Assembly: GCA_002633005.1 (NCBI GenBank)
Contig: NMRA01000018.1
Coordinates: 1,572,814-1,636,813 of the forward strand
Length of the DNA: 64,000 nt
Source: Phoronis australis
Lineage: Eukaryota > Animalia > Phoronida
Reading direction: 5' to 3'
The notes under the pieces are model-generated. The model searched no databases, was not told the DNA's origin, and saw only the letters and a program-made list of their open reading frames with translations. The first letter of the stretch is position 1, and every line of letters starts with the position of its first letter. The position numbers and the translations under genes are program-made. Positions 38,091 to 50,460 of this stretch are shown here, piece by piece.

Positions 38091-40609
38091 TTGGCTAGTT
38101 TATGGCTTCGGAAACCATCAAATTTTAGCATTTTTGTTGCATCACTGTGCAACAACGACAAGTTAACAGAAACTAAGAATGACATACTGAATAAACACAA
38201 CTTGTGTTTTCGTGGAAATGTAAAAATCATAATTGAAACGTATTCGCAAGTTAGCTATTTTTGTTACTTTTTAAACCCACCTGAGTCAAGCTGTGTAACT
38301 GGTGGAAATGCCCTTCATTCGATCGTCATTTCTTTTACGACGCATCATCACTCAGAAAAGTGACATACTACATGTGAAAGCTGAGCCCTTGTAGAGTACA
38401 TATATATTAAAATATTTGTGGACAGCGAACTTTGTGTCCTGCATGCTTCGATTGAAACCACCCACTTTGCTGATATCGGTCGTCCTGTTCGCCGTTACTG
38501 TCACACTCTCAATAACAAACCAAGTTCTAAAGATTTATGAGTAACAAAAAACGACGTCAACAAGATCATTAAGATTTTTCAAAGTTCGAAATCTGAATTA
38601 CATTAAATTTGATGCGGCTGGTGCTCAGAACTCTGCAAGTAAAGCTGAAATTGTCAGTCCTTTAATGTCTGCTTAACGTCTAGTAGGGTTAGGTGGTTCC
38701 AAAAAATAGGAACGTATATTAACAGGAGGCAATCCAAAAATCACACTCGATTGAATGGTTATTGCTAACCATACCTTTCAAGTATTTAAGATCCACGGGG
38801 AGCACTGATCATGTAAAGGTGAAAATCTTCCGGGTAGTATTTTTTCTGCTACTCATCAGATGGCGCACCGTTTACCGAGTCGTAAAAATAAACCTTCTGT
38901 TGAACAAGCTGTACTCAAATAAAACGCAGTGCCAACTCAATATTTTAGGAAGGGCATTTTTGGTTAACTATTTAGTGCATGAAAAACGTATAACGGCTAT
39001 TGCTATTTCTATAGAAGTGTTTTCACCAACCTCCACTCAACACTTATTGAAGCAACGTTTCAGCCAGCTGTATTTACAATCATCACCAGGACTTCCATTT
39101 TAGTGATGATGATTGCAAAGTAAAGGACTGAAACGTAGATTGGATGAAGCGTTGTAGGTTCAGGTGAGAATGGATTTCAACTGTGACTATAGAACATCAC
39201 TAACACAATATGAATTTGAGATGTACATAAAAATACTACATAGAACTAGGAATGTCATTGGTTAATCTGGGCATCAGATGTAAACAACTAGCAAATCCGG
39301 AATTTCAAAAGGGGTAATTGCAGTGGTGCTATGAATTTGAAATACAGACAGTCTACGAAAATGTCAAATTGTTTTATGTAAGGTATCGGTAAAGTTAAAT
39401 GTTTTATTATCTAATACTCATGGAAACTCTGACTTGCAACACATAGAAAAACACATCAGTGCAGTATTTATTACACAGGAAATTTATACTGTCAGACGAT
39501 TGACTGTGGGTTTGTTTAAAAGGTAGCTATGCTTTGAGGTTGTGCGTAGATGGAGAGTGAATAATCAAATCCAGTAATTAATTTATTATATGATAACCCC
39601 TAATTAGACAAATGAAACCTATTGTTAATTAAGTAATCAATTACAAAGAGTAACTACACTAGCGCCCTCTTTAAAGATTATTTTAATCAAACAATCAGAA
39701 CAATCAAATGTCTTATCTGCTATCCAAGCTAGGACTCTCCACTTGTTGGACGTCTGTCCTGTTGGTGAATCTTCGAACTATACACACTGTATAGCGACAG
39801 TGTACTTGCTAGTCACCGTCTCTGGTGATGCAACACTTGCAAGCAATTTCTTCTACCCGCGATTCTTCTTGCTGGTCACAGTCTCTGGCTGATGACGCAA
39901 CACTTCAGGTAGTATCTTACTACCCACAATGCAAGTGACAAGCTCTTAGTTATCTTCCTGTTCGTTAACCCTTGCCCTTGCCAAGATCCTTTCTAGAATC
40001 TTCCACGAGATGGCTCTGTCGTGCAATTTCCTCTGTAAACTGTAGCAAGTCTTTATGCTTCAACTATTATAGCTCATCTAATTTTCTTGTTGATTTCAGC
40101 CCATAATATAACATTCTACTTATTTAGTGATTGGCTGATAAAAACCACATGATCATATCCAATCATATTATTGGTTGTTACAATTTGTTCTCAGAATTTT
40201 TGTAGAATCTCTAGAGTACTTTGACCCCAGAACCCAAAGTTGTAAACACCACCTAAAAATAGGTTTTGACGTTAAAATACATGTCAACAAGTCTGACCCC
40301 ATGATTTAAAAGCTCATATGCACAAATTTTAGGAAACTTAAAATGGATCTATTCTTACTAATTACTTAATCAATATTTATTCTGACATATACAACGCCAC
40401 CTTTTGGTCGTGGTTGACATCAAGCTAAGAAGAGGGGACTTTAGTTTCCCACCTGTAAATTGATTACAGTGCACACCGGTATGTGTATTATGCAAGTGTG
40501 GGTGTTAAATCTGGTTGTCAACGTTAAGTTTTGGATATCGAGCTCTTTGATCAAAAGATTAAGTAAAAATGAAACCATAGTCTACATCACACTGCACATT
40601 TTTGTCAAC

Positions 40610-41790
40610 ATCATACAAAAACAGGAAAAAATGCAAAACGCCCAAGATTGCATCTCTGGCAGTATGCTTTCAGGGATGTTCATAACATGTAATGTATAAA
40701 ATAAAAAACCTCTAGGTGGTACAGCATACATTATATTCATCTGAAGCAAGACAACCGCTGTTATATTCTTGCCAAATATCATACATCAAGATACTTGGTT
40801 GATACAGATCCATTAGAGGACGCCACAGCACTCAGACATGTCCTAAAATTTATGCGGTGTATACTCTCCTCAATAATGCAACACATACATCAAATTTCAC
40901 CCAGATTCAATAGAACTTAGTAAATATTGCGTCGCAGATAAACAAACAAATTGCCACTCAGGGCGCCACGGTGATTGCACCCATCAGAAAACCTGTCAGT
41001 CGTGATCATCTTAATAGGAACACATGAGCAAAATTTCATAACTATCCTCCAAAGAATTTAAAGGACAGAGAGGCTGCTGCCAGAAATAATAATCTTAAGT
41101 GGCACAGAATATTTTATATCCAGCCAAAAATAGCAATTTGTTCTCGTTTCCTCAACAGAAACAGATTTACCGTATTGTACGAAAATACATCAAGAAACGT
41201 TGGTAGATATAGAGGCATACATAAAGAAAACTTAAATTGCCATCAATCAGTGCTCTAGTGGGGCGTGGGCGCAAGTAGGCGCAGTCAACCACCTTTAGGC
41301 ATTTGAATATAATGCCTACGCATCAAAAGTTATGTTCAGTACTCAAGGTGATACGGTGGTCTTTGGGCGCCTACTTACCTTTAATTTCACCTCTACGGCA
41401 CTGCCATTAAGGGGCACCATAGGAGATCGTCCAATCAACAATCAGTGTCAATTGAGCTCATCTCAATGGCAAGATTTCTGTACAGATTACATAGGTACGC
41501 CAGGAAATAGGAAAGTGTTGCTGTCTCCATAACTGAAACTTATTTGCAAAATTTGATGGAAAATCAGTCAAGGAACTTGCTAGATATACAGACTAACATG
41601 AAGAAGTAAAGTTGCCACCAGGGGCACAGTGGTAGTCAATACATCCCAAAACTCTCTTGTGTCATTCCATTTGTAAAACTTCACATTCACCAAGGATTTG
41701 GAGATGCAGCAGCAGATGCCAGACAAAGAGACGGGGGTGACAGCATAATGGGCCTACACACGCATGCTTGCATCCATGCAAACAGTCATA
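40610..41790. mobile_element. Possible non-autonomous Helitron/Helentron-type relic
   Basis: Diverged tandem subunits containing aaatttca and gggcgccac; absent from the copy 1 intron; family is inferred from layout only. Confidence 0.3.
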
Positions 41791-42782
41791 CAGAACAAGG
41801 CAAAAGTAATCAGACAATATAAATCTTTGCCGCACTTGATGGCTAATCCTGTTAATGCGAAAATGACTGGTAATAACTATTACTGCGGCTAATTACAGAA
41901 TGTCTTAGCCACCATACTAACCTTCCTGTTTCCCTTCATTTTCAGTCACAGAGGAAGACCACTTTGACCACGAGTGCTACTTTTGCCCCAGCTGTCATGG
42001 CAAGGAATTCTGGGTCATTTTGTCTGAATACGTTTGGCTTGTACTGTATATTAATGTGTACAAATAACCTGGAAACGACAGATAAAAGGGCACTCTTGGC
42101 ATGAAAAGTAATTTCACAGAAAAGAAACTCACTAGCAGTATTACTTCAAAGCAATAAACCCACCATAAGGTGCACAACAAGAATACAGTGACACTGATGA
42201 TTACGATATACATGGACACTGCTCAAGATATTCTAATAGCAGTTCTATGATTGTGTCCTGCGGTACTCGTTTGTTGAGAACACCTCACTGGATCGCTTTT
42301 TTGACCAGTTTTCATGCCTTCGTTGAACGCATCAGTCAAAAACATCTTTACACTTTCAGTCATTACATGTATTTCAGGCCTTTATGCTGACTTCAGAGCC
42401 CACCCTGTGCTGTATGACTCTCCTGCTGTTTGGGTACTAGCTGCCGGCATTTTACACCAGCAAATGTAAAACTGAATAATATAGGATATGTTATCTAGTC
42501 CATTGGCAGGCTACCAGAACACAATTGTTCAACACACGTGAACAGCAGTCACTCACATCCCTCTTCACACAAATCAAACACAGCTTTTGGAACCAAAAAT
42601 CAGTTCAAAAACTCACGTGACTAAGAATCACGTCCATGACTCAGGGAAGAGTGTGTGAAGTGTGTTTATAGGCAACAAAGCTGGATGCAACACCAGGAGC
42701 CATCATGCTTTTTGGATGGGTAGCCATGTTTTGTGAATTCATAAAATGAGCTTACAAATCTAAATGCTGCGGTCATAAGTGA

Positions 42783-43018
42783 CAGTGGCAGATCTACGAT
42801 TTCAGTAAGGGGGGGTTTAGGATTCGAAAGGATCCGAGGCGCGTAGCGCCGAGCAGAAGGAAGGTCGCGAGAGGGTTTCCCTCCTCCCGTGTAAAATTTT
42901 TTTTATTTTTAGTAGCTAATTTTGTTTTTCTTGCGATTTTTTTTCAGTTTTTATTTTTGATCCTGTCCCGAGGGGGGGTTTAAACCCCCTGAACCCCCCC
43001 CCTGTAGATCCGCCTCTG
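42783..43018 (-). mobile_element. MITE derivative of the 34969-37608 hAT element (opposite orientation)
   Basis: TIR CAGTGGCAGATCTAC / GTAGATCCGCCTCTG; TSD agtga; both arms match 34969-37608. Confidence 0.85.
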
Positions 43019-43231
43019 AGTGAGAGAGTTGTGCTGTTTGAGTGGTCTAATTAACACATTAATGCACGTCAAAAAATCGAGCCTAAATTTGTGCGAATGT
43101 CCAAGCCATGGCTGCATAGGCTGCTGAGTAGCACGTTCCACAACAGCTTCACTTTTTGTTGGGTTGTAATATAGAACATCACACAGCGCATTAACATGTT
43201 GACTATCAAGTCAACTAGGAACAGTCAGCGA

Positions 43232-43531
43232 CTAAAATGCATAGCAAGGGATATATGTCAAACCTATGGATTTGTGATGCCAAATTGAGTTCAACGAGCA
43301 TGCTGTTCGATCATGAACTTCCCCTTCTATTTCAATAGCAGTGTCTTTGGCAGCCCATTTTCTCCCCACATCATAACGATGATCTTCAAGTGCTGTTGGC
43401 TGTTTATCATGCCAGCCCATGCTAACTTGCTGCTTAAGTTTGTTTCCAGAGGCAAAAGTGCTGTTACAGCCATCTTTTGGACACAGGAATATCTTTGTCT
43501 TTCGATTGCTGAAACTAGTGAAAGGTGTCAA
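43232..43531 (-). mobile_element. DNA transposase C2H2-like fragment (possibly Sola3-type)
   Basis: FLCPKDGCNSTFASGNKLKQQVSMGWH resembles FxCPxxGCxxxFxxxxxLxxHxxxGxH. Confidence 0.4.
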
Positions 43532-44921
43532 TGAGGATGCAGCATGACATTCCTGTTATGTATAGCGCCACCTGGCGTCGAATACAGTAGTATGTAACAC
43601 GGACACGAGTTGTCTTTTGTCTCTTCAGCTTCGGCATTTCCTGCATATATAACAATTCTTAAACCACTAGTTCCATTGGTTTGCAATCAGAAGCAGGATT
43701 CTCCAAAACCATTCCATCTCCGATCCCAAGCAAACACTTTTCCTATTGAAATAGATAAATTAGTTGTAAGCATTAGAATACAAGTACTTTTTAAAAATCA
43801 AGCTATAAAAGCATATTCCATTCCATCACATATTTAACTTTTTTTAGACACATACACATCTGAAGCTGGTTCTCAGATGGTATGACTAATCACAGAGAGA
43901 TTTCTGAGAAAAATCAATGCATGTAATTGCATACAGCCCATATTTTGAATTGTTACGTGGCTCACCTTCAAATTAGAAGTTATTAAGTTGACGTAATCCT
44001 GGGATTAAGTGGTGAACATCCTTTGCATTCCTGGCCTGAGGCTGCAAACGTACACCTTACAACCACAGGCGTCCTCAGACTCTGATCGCCCGCAATACAC
44101 TATATGTAATACTAAAAGGTATGACACTACCGACCACAAATTTCAGGGGTGCTTCACTTCAGCCGTCCACATCAAACTCAAATCTCAATACATTTACATA
44201 AAAAAAGGTTTCAACAAACCACTAGCAGTTGTTCTTTCTTCTAATACCATTCACAGTGTCCTGCTTCAGCGAGATAGCAACAAATTTGTTGTCAAAGCAC
44301 AAAATGTTCCCAAAAAGCCCACGCATCGAGCCTTCTTGGACTGTTCGAGGTCAAGGACGGTACGGCAATTGCCATTTTGTCACGGAGTGTCACGACATCG
44401 GTAACTCCACACTTAGCCGCCACGAGAAAAACGACTACTTCAACAAATCCCTGACTTGATGCCTGTGAGTTGCGGAGACATTAAAATGATAATAGATCAT
44501 ATAAAAACGGGCACTGATGAAAGCAACCAGCACTTGCTTTTCATGATTTGTTTACTAATTCCAGAAGGTAAAAATTAGTACATAACCACAAGTCATCAGA
44601 GGATGTAAACCTCCCAATAGGCTCCATTCTGGAATTAGTGACATTCTGTGTAAATACCACCTACTTCCAACACCAAGACAAGTTCTACGAGAAGAAATAA
44701 GGAATGACAATGGGTTCACCACAATCACCAGCCTTAGCTAACTTGTACATGGAGTGGTTCGAACAAACAGCTCTCAGCTCAGCTAACAGACCCCCGCAGA
44801 AGTGGAAACGATACGTTGATGACACATTCACAATATTCAGCTAAGACTCAGAAAATCCATCAGAGTTCCTTGACTATCTGCACAGCATAGCGCCTACAAT
44901 TAGATTCACAATGGAAGAAGA

Positions 44922-45302
44922 CTGTACTTCGGGAGCAAGTTTTCTGTTATACAGAATTTGTTGAATGCACGACACTTTTCATTGTTCACGGTCTTTATTC
45001 CGTTGCGTTCATACTTTCTGAACAAAACTCTACTCTCTATTCTTTGCAGTATTTCACACCCGACGTGTCTCACTGTGTGTGTCGTCAGCTTATACTCTGT
45101 GGTGGCATTACTGCGTCATTTTATCTTCACTTGAGAATGAAACAAGTATGCTTCGAAATATCGTGTGTCTTTTAATTATGTCGCTAGGTCAGTTACTGTA
45201 TCTATGTTCAGTAGAGAGTAGAGTTTTGTTCAGAAAGTATGAACGCAACGGAATAAAGACCGTGAACAATGAAAAGTGTCGTGCATTCAACAAATTCTGT
45301 AT
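44922..45302. mobile_element. Young insertion with a perfect ~92-bp inverted repeat inside the PLE RT
   Basis: 44948-45039 is the exact reverse complement of 45212-45303; 12-bp TSD aatggaagaaga. Confidence 0.85.
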
Positions 45303-46118
45303 AATGGAAGAAGAGACAAACAACAGTCTCCCATTTTAGACGTACTAGTGACTCGTCAAGGACAGTTAACAACGTCAGTCTACTATATAAAGACCCACAC
45401 ATGACGATACCTCGACTTCAAGTCCAACCACACCAAAGGAGTCATGAAGGGTATAATCAAATGCCTTGCATCAAGATCAAAAGAAATCTGCAGTGCTACA
45501 GCACTTTAGGCATACTTGGCCAACCTGAAGGACAATTCGAAAGAAATGGCTACCCAGGGGATTTCATCAAGACGGGTTTAACATCGTTGAGAAAAGAGAA
45601 AGTGGCAGAAGAACGCCCACTGCAGACTATGTACTTACCGTATATACCCGGAATAACCGAGAAGCTAGGACGCGTTTGTAAAGAATTTAAGATAAGAAAA
45701 GTATACCGCAGCTCAGACACACTGGGTTGGCGATTGACAAAAGTCAAACCAAGAACTGAATTGGGAAAAAAGAAAAATGTCATCAGTGAAATCCCATGTG
45801 AATGTAGTGAATCATATTATCGGTAAAACTCTAAGACCTCTGGAGACGATAATTGCTGAAAATAAAAGGTGTTGTAGAGAGGGTAATACCTCATCAGGAG
45901 TAGCAGAACACATGTGGTCGAAACAACACAATATCTGGTGGAATAACATGAGAATACTCGACAGTGAAACAGGTTGGACCCAGAGAAAGATCAAGGAAGC
46001 CATGTACATGAAAGTACAGGGCAATATCTTCAGTCTTCCAAGCAAACAACCAAGTGACACCTGGCTCAGTCTACTTAGGAAGGTTTAAGTATAATAAAAT
46101 TCCCTAAGTAAATGGATG

Positions 46119-46200
46119 ACTCCGTCGTGTAGTGGTTAAGGTGCTGGACTCAAATCATATGTAGTTCCAGAAGTCGTGGATTCAAATCCTGCCTCGGACA
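46119..46200 (+). pseudogene. tRNA-like (tRNA-derived) sequence in the PLE 3' region
   Basis: A box tagtggttaagg, B box ggattcaaatcc, anticodon stem ctgga/tccag around ct-caa-a plus ~10 extra nt; acceptor stem imperfect. Confidence 0.6.
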
Positions 46201-46263
46201 AGAAAAAAAATCACACGATGAGTGTACCACAAATCCGTGCTCATTCTTCTAAGAACGCGGGAA

Positions 46264-46305
46264 CACCTGACGATGACCAGAGAATAGACCGACAGAAACG
46301 TCGTG
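46264..46305 (+). ncRNA. Minimal type I hammerhead ribozyme motif (PLE-associated, stem II partly degraded)
   Basis: cac-CTGACGA-tg...ca-GAAA-C-GTC-gtg; predicted cleavage after C46302. Confidence 0.65.
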
Positions 46306-46315
46306 ACAGTGTAAA

Positions 46316-46525
46316 AAAATAATTGCAGGCGGTCTGATACACGTTGTATCAGACGTGCGCAGGCCTCGCATGTGAGCCCATTGCACTGATCACCTGGAAA
46401 TATTTTTATGCTTTATTGATATATGGTTAAAACCGAGCTGAGGAGCTAGAAACCTGGCTCAAGGGTTTTGCAGTGTGACATGGTGGGACTTGAACCCACG
46501 ACCTCGAGTAAAGAAAGCGGGCACT
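46316..46525 (-). mobile_element. 5'-truncated tRNA-derived SINE
   Basis: Reverse complement of the 51716-51946 family; 13-bp TSD gtgacagtgtaaa (46303-46315, 46526-46538). Confidence 0.85.
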
Positions 46526-46911
46526 GTGACAGTGTAAATAGACCAAGAGATTTTAATAATAGTTTTATACTTTGTAGCTAATTCACCCCAAGTGATAAAT
46601 ATACTATATCAAATTTAAAATTCGAGACATATTATGTTCCCAGAATATTGCAAATTGCCTTACTTTCTCATGCAGTGACTCTTAATAAGAAAAGTGTCCG
46701 ACCTTGAAGTTTCGGACACTTAGTTTTGAATTAGTTTTTCCACCTTAACCCAGTTAGATTTTGGAGACAGATCCTTGACGTCGGCTTCTAAAATAGGATT
46801 TAATTGTTACTGACTGTCATATGTTTAATTTCGAAACAACTATGAGTCATTTCTGCAAGTAAAGGACCCATGAAATATTATGCTTTCATACAAAACAACT
46901 TCTGTCTCAAA

Positions 46912-48693
46912 AGCCCATTAAAAGTCTAGGAATATTCTTTGGCGGAAGAGGGGATGACGCTGAAAAACTCAATTTTGATGATAAAATCCAAAAGCTTAAA
47001 GACCTGTTTAATATTTGGAAAATACGAAATTTGTCCATAAAAGGCAGAATCTTCCTTACGAAAACTTATGGTTTATCGAAACTCATTCATGTAGTGTCAA
47101 CTGTGGGTATCTCTAAAAAAAGAATTCGTGAAGTTAATAAACTTATCAGAGAATTTGTTTGGTTAAATAAAACACCAAAAATTAAAGAAACTGTGACTAT
47201 TTTACCATATCAAGAGGGTGGTTTGAAATATCCTAACATGGAACTGATCAAATTAAACTTATTATTTAATTGGGTCAAGCGCTTTAATACAGAGGATGAG
47301 GCAAGTTGGAAGATATACCCGAGGCATCTTTTCAGTCGTATTGGCGGTGTCCTCATTTTTTCATCCAATTTTGAACTGAAAACCCTAAAATGCGAAATTA
47401 AGAACCCTTTTTACAAAGATGTTCTCTCAACCTTAGATATTCTTAATCCTGGAATATTTAATGAAGTACCAATAGCCAAACAAGTGATATGGAACAATTG
47501 TAACTTAACTGTTAACGGTAAATCGTTATTTTAACAAGATCTGTACAATGCAGGCCTCATATTTTGTGAAGATTTTTTAGATAGCCAGAACAAACTTCTT
47601 AAATGGGAAAGCATTAAGAAAAATTATAACTTAAAGGATACGTCTATCATACCATTTTATTCCACCACAACGACCTTGAAGAAAGTTCTGGGTCCGTCGG
47701 ATAGAAGGATTGTTAGTTGTAATAACATTAGATTTTTATTCTTCAATAGTTCCACTCCATGGATCAAAAACACATTTATTCACAAGTTTTCTGTAAAACC
47801 AGATAATTATGCGTTTTTACTCAACTACTACACAGACGCCGAAATTAAAGAAATATATAATCTCCCTTTTAATCTACCCATAAACCGTCATTTGTCATTG
47901 TTTAAATACTTTTTCATTCACAAAAGAATTTATACAAACAAAATGTTAAAAATATTTGGTATTTCACAAACAGACCAATGTCCCTACTGTGGCGAAGTCC
48001 AGACTTTTCAGCATATGTTTTACAGCTGCGTCTGTGTTAAACGTTTCTGGAATTCTTTACATCATTTCATAAGTAAAGTTTTTAATTTACACACTGAGCC
48101 ATCTATGTTCCACTTCTTAGTTTGCTTCTTTGGCAATCTAAGTGAAATCTTGAATACCATATACACTCATGCCCAACATTATATTTATACATCATCGAGA
48201 GATAGGTCTCAACCTTGTTTTAATAAGTTTAGATGTATACTTTTTGACGCAGTGAACCTCATTGTATTTAATGCCTCGGATAAAACTTCAGAACAGTGGA
48301 GGGTTTTGCAGGCATCTCTTTAAAATGATTCAAATAATACATGGTGTTATTTTTTTTTTAACCACTTCTGTTGTATTATAAGAAAATTGACCTTTTCATA
48401 AATATGCACCTACGTAAATGTAAACATAAGTTAAGTTAATTAAATCGTGTGAATGTGGGTGTGAATGAGTGTATGAAAGTCCTTCCCCTTCCCGTTTCCC
48501 CCCTTTCATATTATTATCGGCTAATTATTCGCCCAATCATTAGGAGTAATTTCCAGATACTTATTTGTTTAATTAAGGTGATGTATTATACTCTAGTAAG
48601 TTGTAAAGATACGTAGTTGGGGCTACCCAACCCCAGCCGTATCTACTATTCATTAATGATATGCTTTCTGGGTAAATAAACGTATTAAAAAAA
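46912..48693 (+). mobile_element. 5'-truncated L1/Tx1-clade LINE
   Basis: WKIRNLSIKGRIFLTKT, EGGLKYPN, zf-RVT-type CPYCGEVQTFQHMFYSC; AATAAA plus poly(A); 15-bp TSD aacttctgtctcaaa. Confidence 0.9.
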
Positions 48694-48900
48694 AACTTCT
48701 GTCTCAAATATAAATCATAATATGCTCATTTTTCTGGGAAGTTCACTGTCCAAAATTCAAGTAATCGATCTACTTATGCGTTTAGAGATGTATGTTGTGT
48801 TTCAAATTATTCTCATACTGTCTCAGTCATCTCATGTCCGACTAATTAGCAATTCTCCGGCGTTGTCTTTATTGTGTTTTTTTTTTCAATTATGTTCTAG

Positions 48901-49025
48901 ATGCTGCTACGTTCATGACCAGTGCTATGATGGAATCATCAAAAGCGGGCGTTGTGGGAGTCTTTCTGGCTTCTATATCACGAGATATCACTTCAGTGAA
49001 TGTCGCAATCGCAAGGTTACGTGCA
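48901..49025 (+). CDS. sPLA2 copy 2 exon 4 (active site)
   Basis: CCYVHDQCYDGIIKSGRCGSLSGFYITRYHFSECRNRKVTC matches the CCxxHDxCY motif; ttctag / gtaagt; phases fit exons 3 and 5; intron 3 shares blocks with copy 1 intron 3 (39490-40390 vs 10940-12940). Confidence 0.95.
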
Positions 49026-50460
49026 GTAAGTTGTACATTTATTCATAAGTGACATCTAGTGGCTATACATCTCGAAATATCACATCAGTCTATGCCGTAA
49101 TCGCAAGGCAACGTGCATTTAAGCTGTACATCTATTCACGCCGTGCCATCTAGTGACTCCATATCACGAGACCCCACTTCTGTAGAGCGGTAATAAAGTG
49201 TTGTACAGCTATTCAACAGGGCCATTACTTTGTTAGTGTCACAGTTTGTTACCGAGTTGATCTTCTGATACACGTGTGTATTACTTTAGAAACATGGTGG
49301 CCACCACTGCGGCTCTGTGCACTTCGTCATCAAATACACAGATGGCAGTGGACAGAATCCTTCGATATCAAAATCATCAAATGACCTAAACCTGGTGGTT
49401 TTTCGGTCTTCCGGACTTCTTAAATAAAATTTCAGTGAAAAGTTGAGGAGAAATCAGTGTTCTTCTTCCGAAGAAATACGATAAATAGTAGCCCAAAATG
49501 AAGTCATCGTTTGTCTTTTGTTGACCAATGGTCATAACGGCGGCATATAATTAGTTTACTACTTGCGACCTTTAAGAAATGGTCGCTAGGTTATTGTTTG
49601 ATCTTGGAAGCCGCTTTCGTCTGGAGTTAGAACTGTGCAAGGGATATTTGTTTTATAGCTAGAAAAAGATCAAAATCATTATTAGTTTTTGTACAACAGA
49701 CAAGTTTGTAACAAGTTATGTAGATAGAGTTTGCGGTGTTAGACTCTCGTCCATGAGTGTTCTGTAAGGAGCTGGTTGGAAATAATGGCAATGTTAAATT
49801 TTAGGACACGGTCACGCATAGGGGGTTTTGCACATTTCCCACTGTTGAAAACGTGCAAGGAATATCGTTTCGTTTGTTAATGGAAAGAAACGAACAAACT
49901 CATCCTCAATATATAAAGAAAAATACTGTTTGAAAATATCTCCAATTTTTCAAAATACATGCATTGCCAAGCAATCAATACATACAGTAAATGTTTGAAA
50001 GAGTTTGCTGGTGTAGACTGGTCGTCTAAACTCACCAAAAGTATCAGCACGCTCGTGGTTGCAAACAAAACTTTCACGGAGTTTGTCAGCAGGGGCGGAT
50101 CCAAGATTTTGAGTTAGGGGGGCAGGGCACAGGAATAGCCAGAGTTTCGGCAGATGCTTGAGCTCAGCCTAAGATATAGGGATGCAGGGGTCTCGAATTT
50201 TTTGGGTTTGCGGACCTTTTGTCTAAAAATATCGGTAAACGGGGTTTGGTCGTTTGACAGGGCCTGTGAATTGTTTATTCACCCCCCGATCCCCCATGGT
50301 TGCGCGCATGTGCTAGTCAGCAGTTCGCACCCGAACTGCCAAATGGTATCTGGTAGAATTTTATGGCGGCCATGGCCCCTTNTGTAGCTCTGACAGAGCG
50401 TGTGACTTTTGATTAACGGTGCCAGGATGAATTGATTACATCAGCCCGCGTCCTTTTCAG

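Larger units (their letters stand above)
44600..46600 (+). mobile_element. Penelope-like element (RT + GIY-YIG), degraded, with nested insertions
   Basis: GMTMGSPQSPALANLYME, WKRYVDDTF, IRFTMEE|ETNNSLPFLDV, IPCECSESYIGKT.RPL, RKIKEAMY; stops and frameshifts. Confidence 0.9.

Noticed and set aside
44514-44545. Additional hammerhead (CTGATGA plus hairpin aagcaa/ttgctt)
   Set aside because: No GAAA or NUH follows, so the core is incomplete.
46119-46200. Functional tRNA-Leu(CAA) or tRNA-Sec gene
   Set aside because: The acceptor and D stems pair poorly, there is no long variable arm or T-run terminator, and it is embedded in a retroelement.
34256-48900. Exons 1-3 and 4-5 of copy 2 belonging to different genes
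   Set aside because: Phases match, the intron contains collinear homology to copy 1 intron 3, and identifiable TE insertions explain much of the extra length.
48722-49048. 108-aa single-exon PLA2 with a hydrophobic leader
   Set aside because: The N-terminal part is intron polypyrimidine tract. The real exon starts at 48901 and needs exon 3 for the Ca2+ loop.
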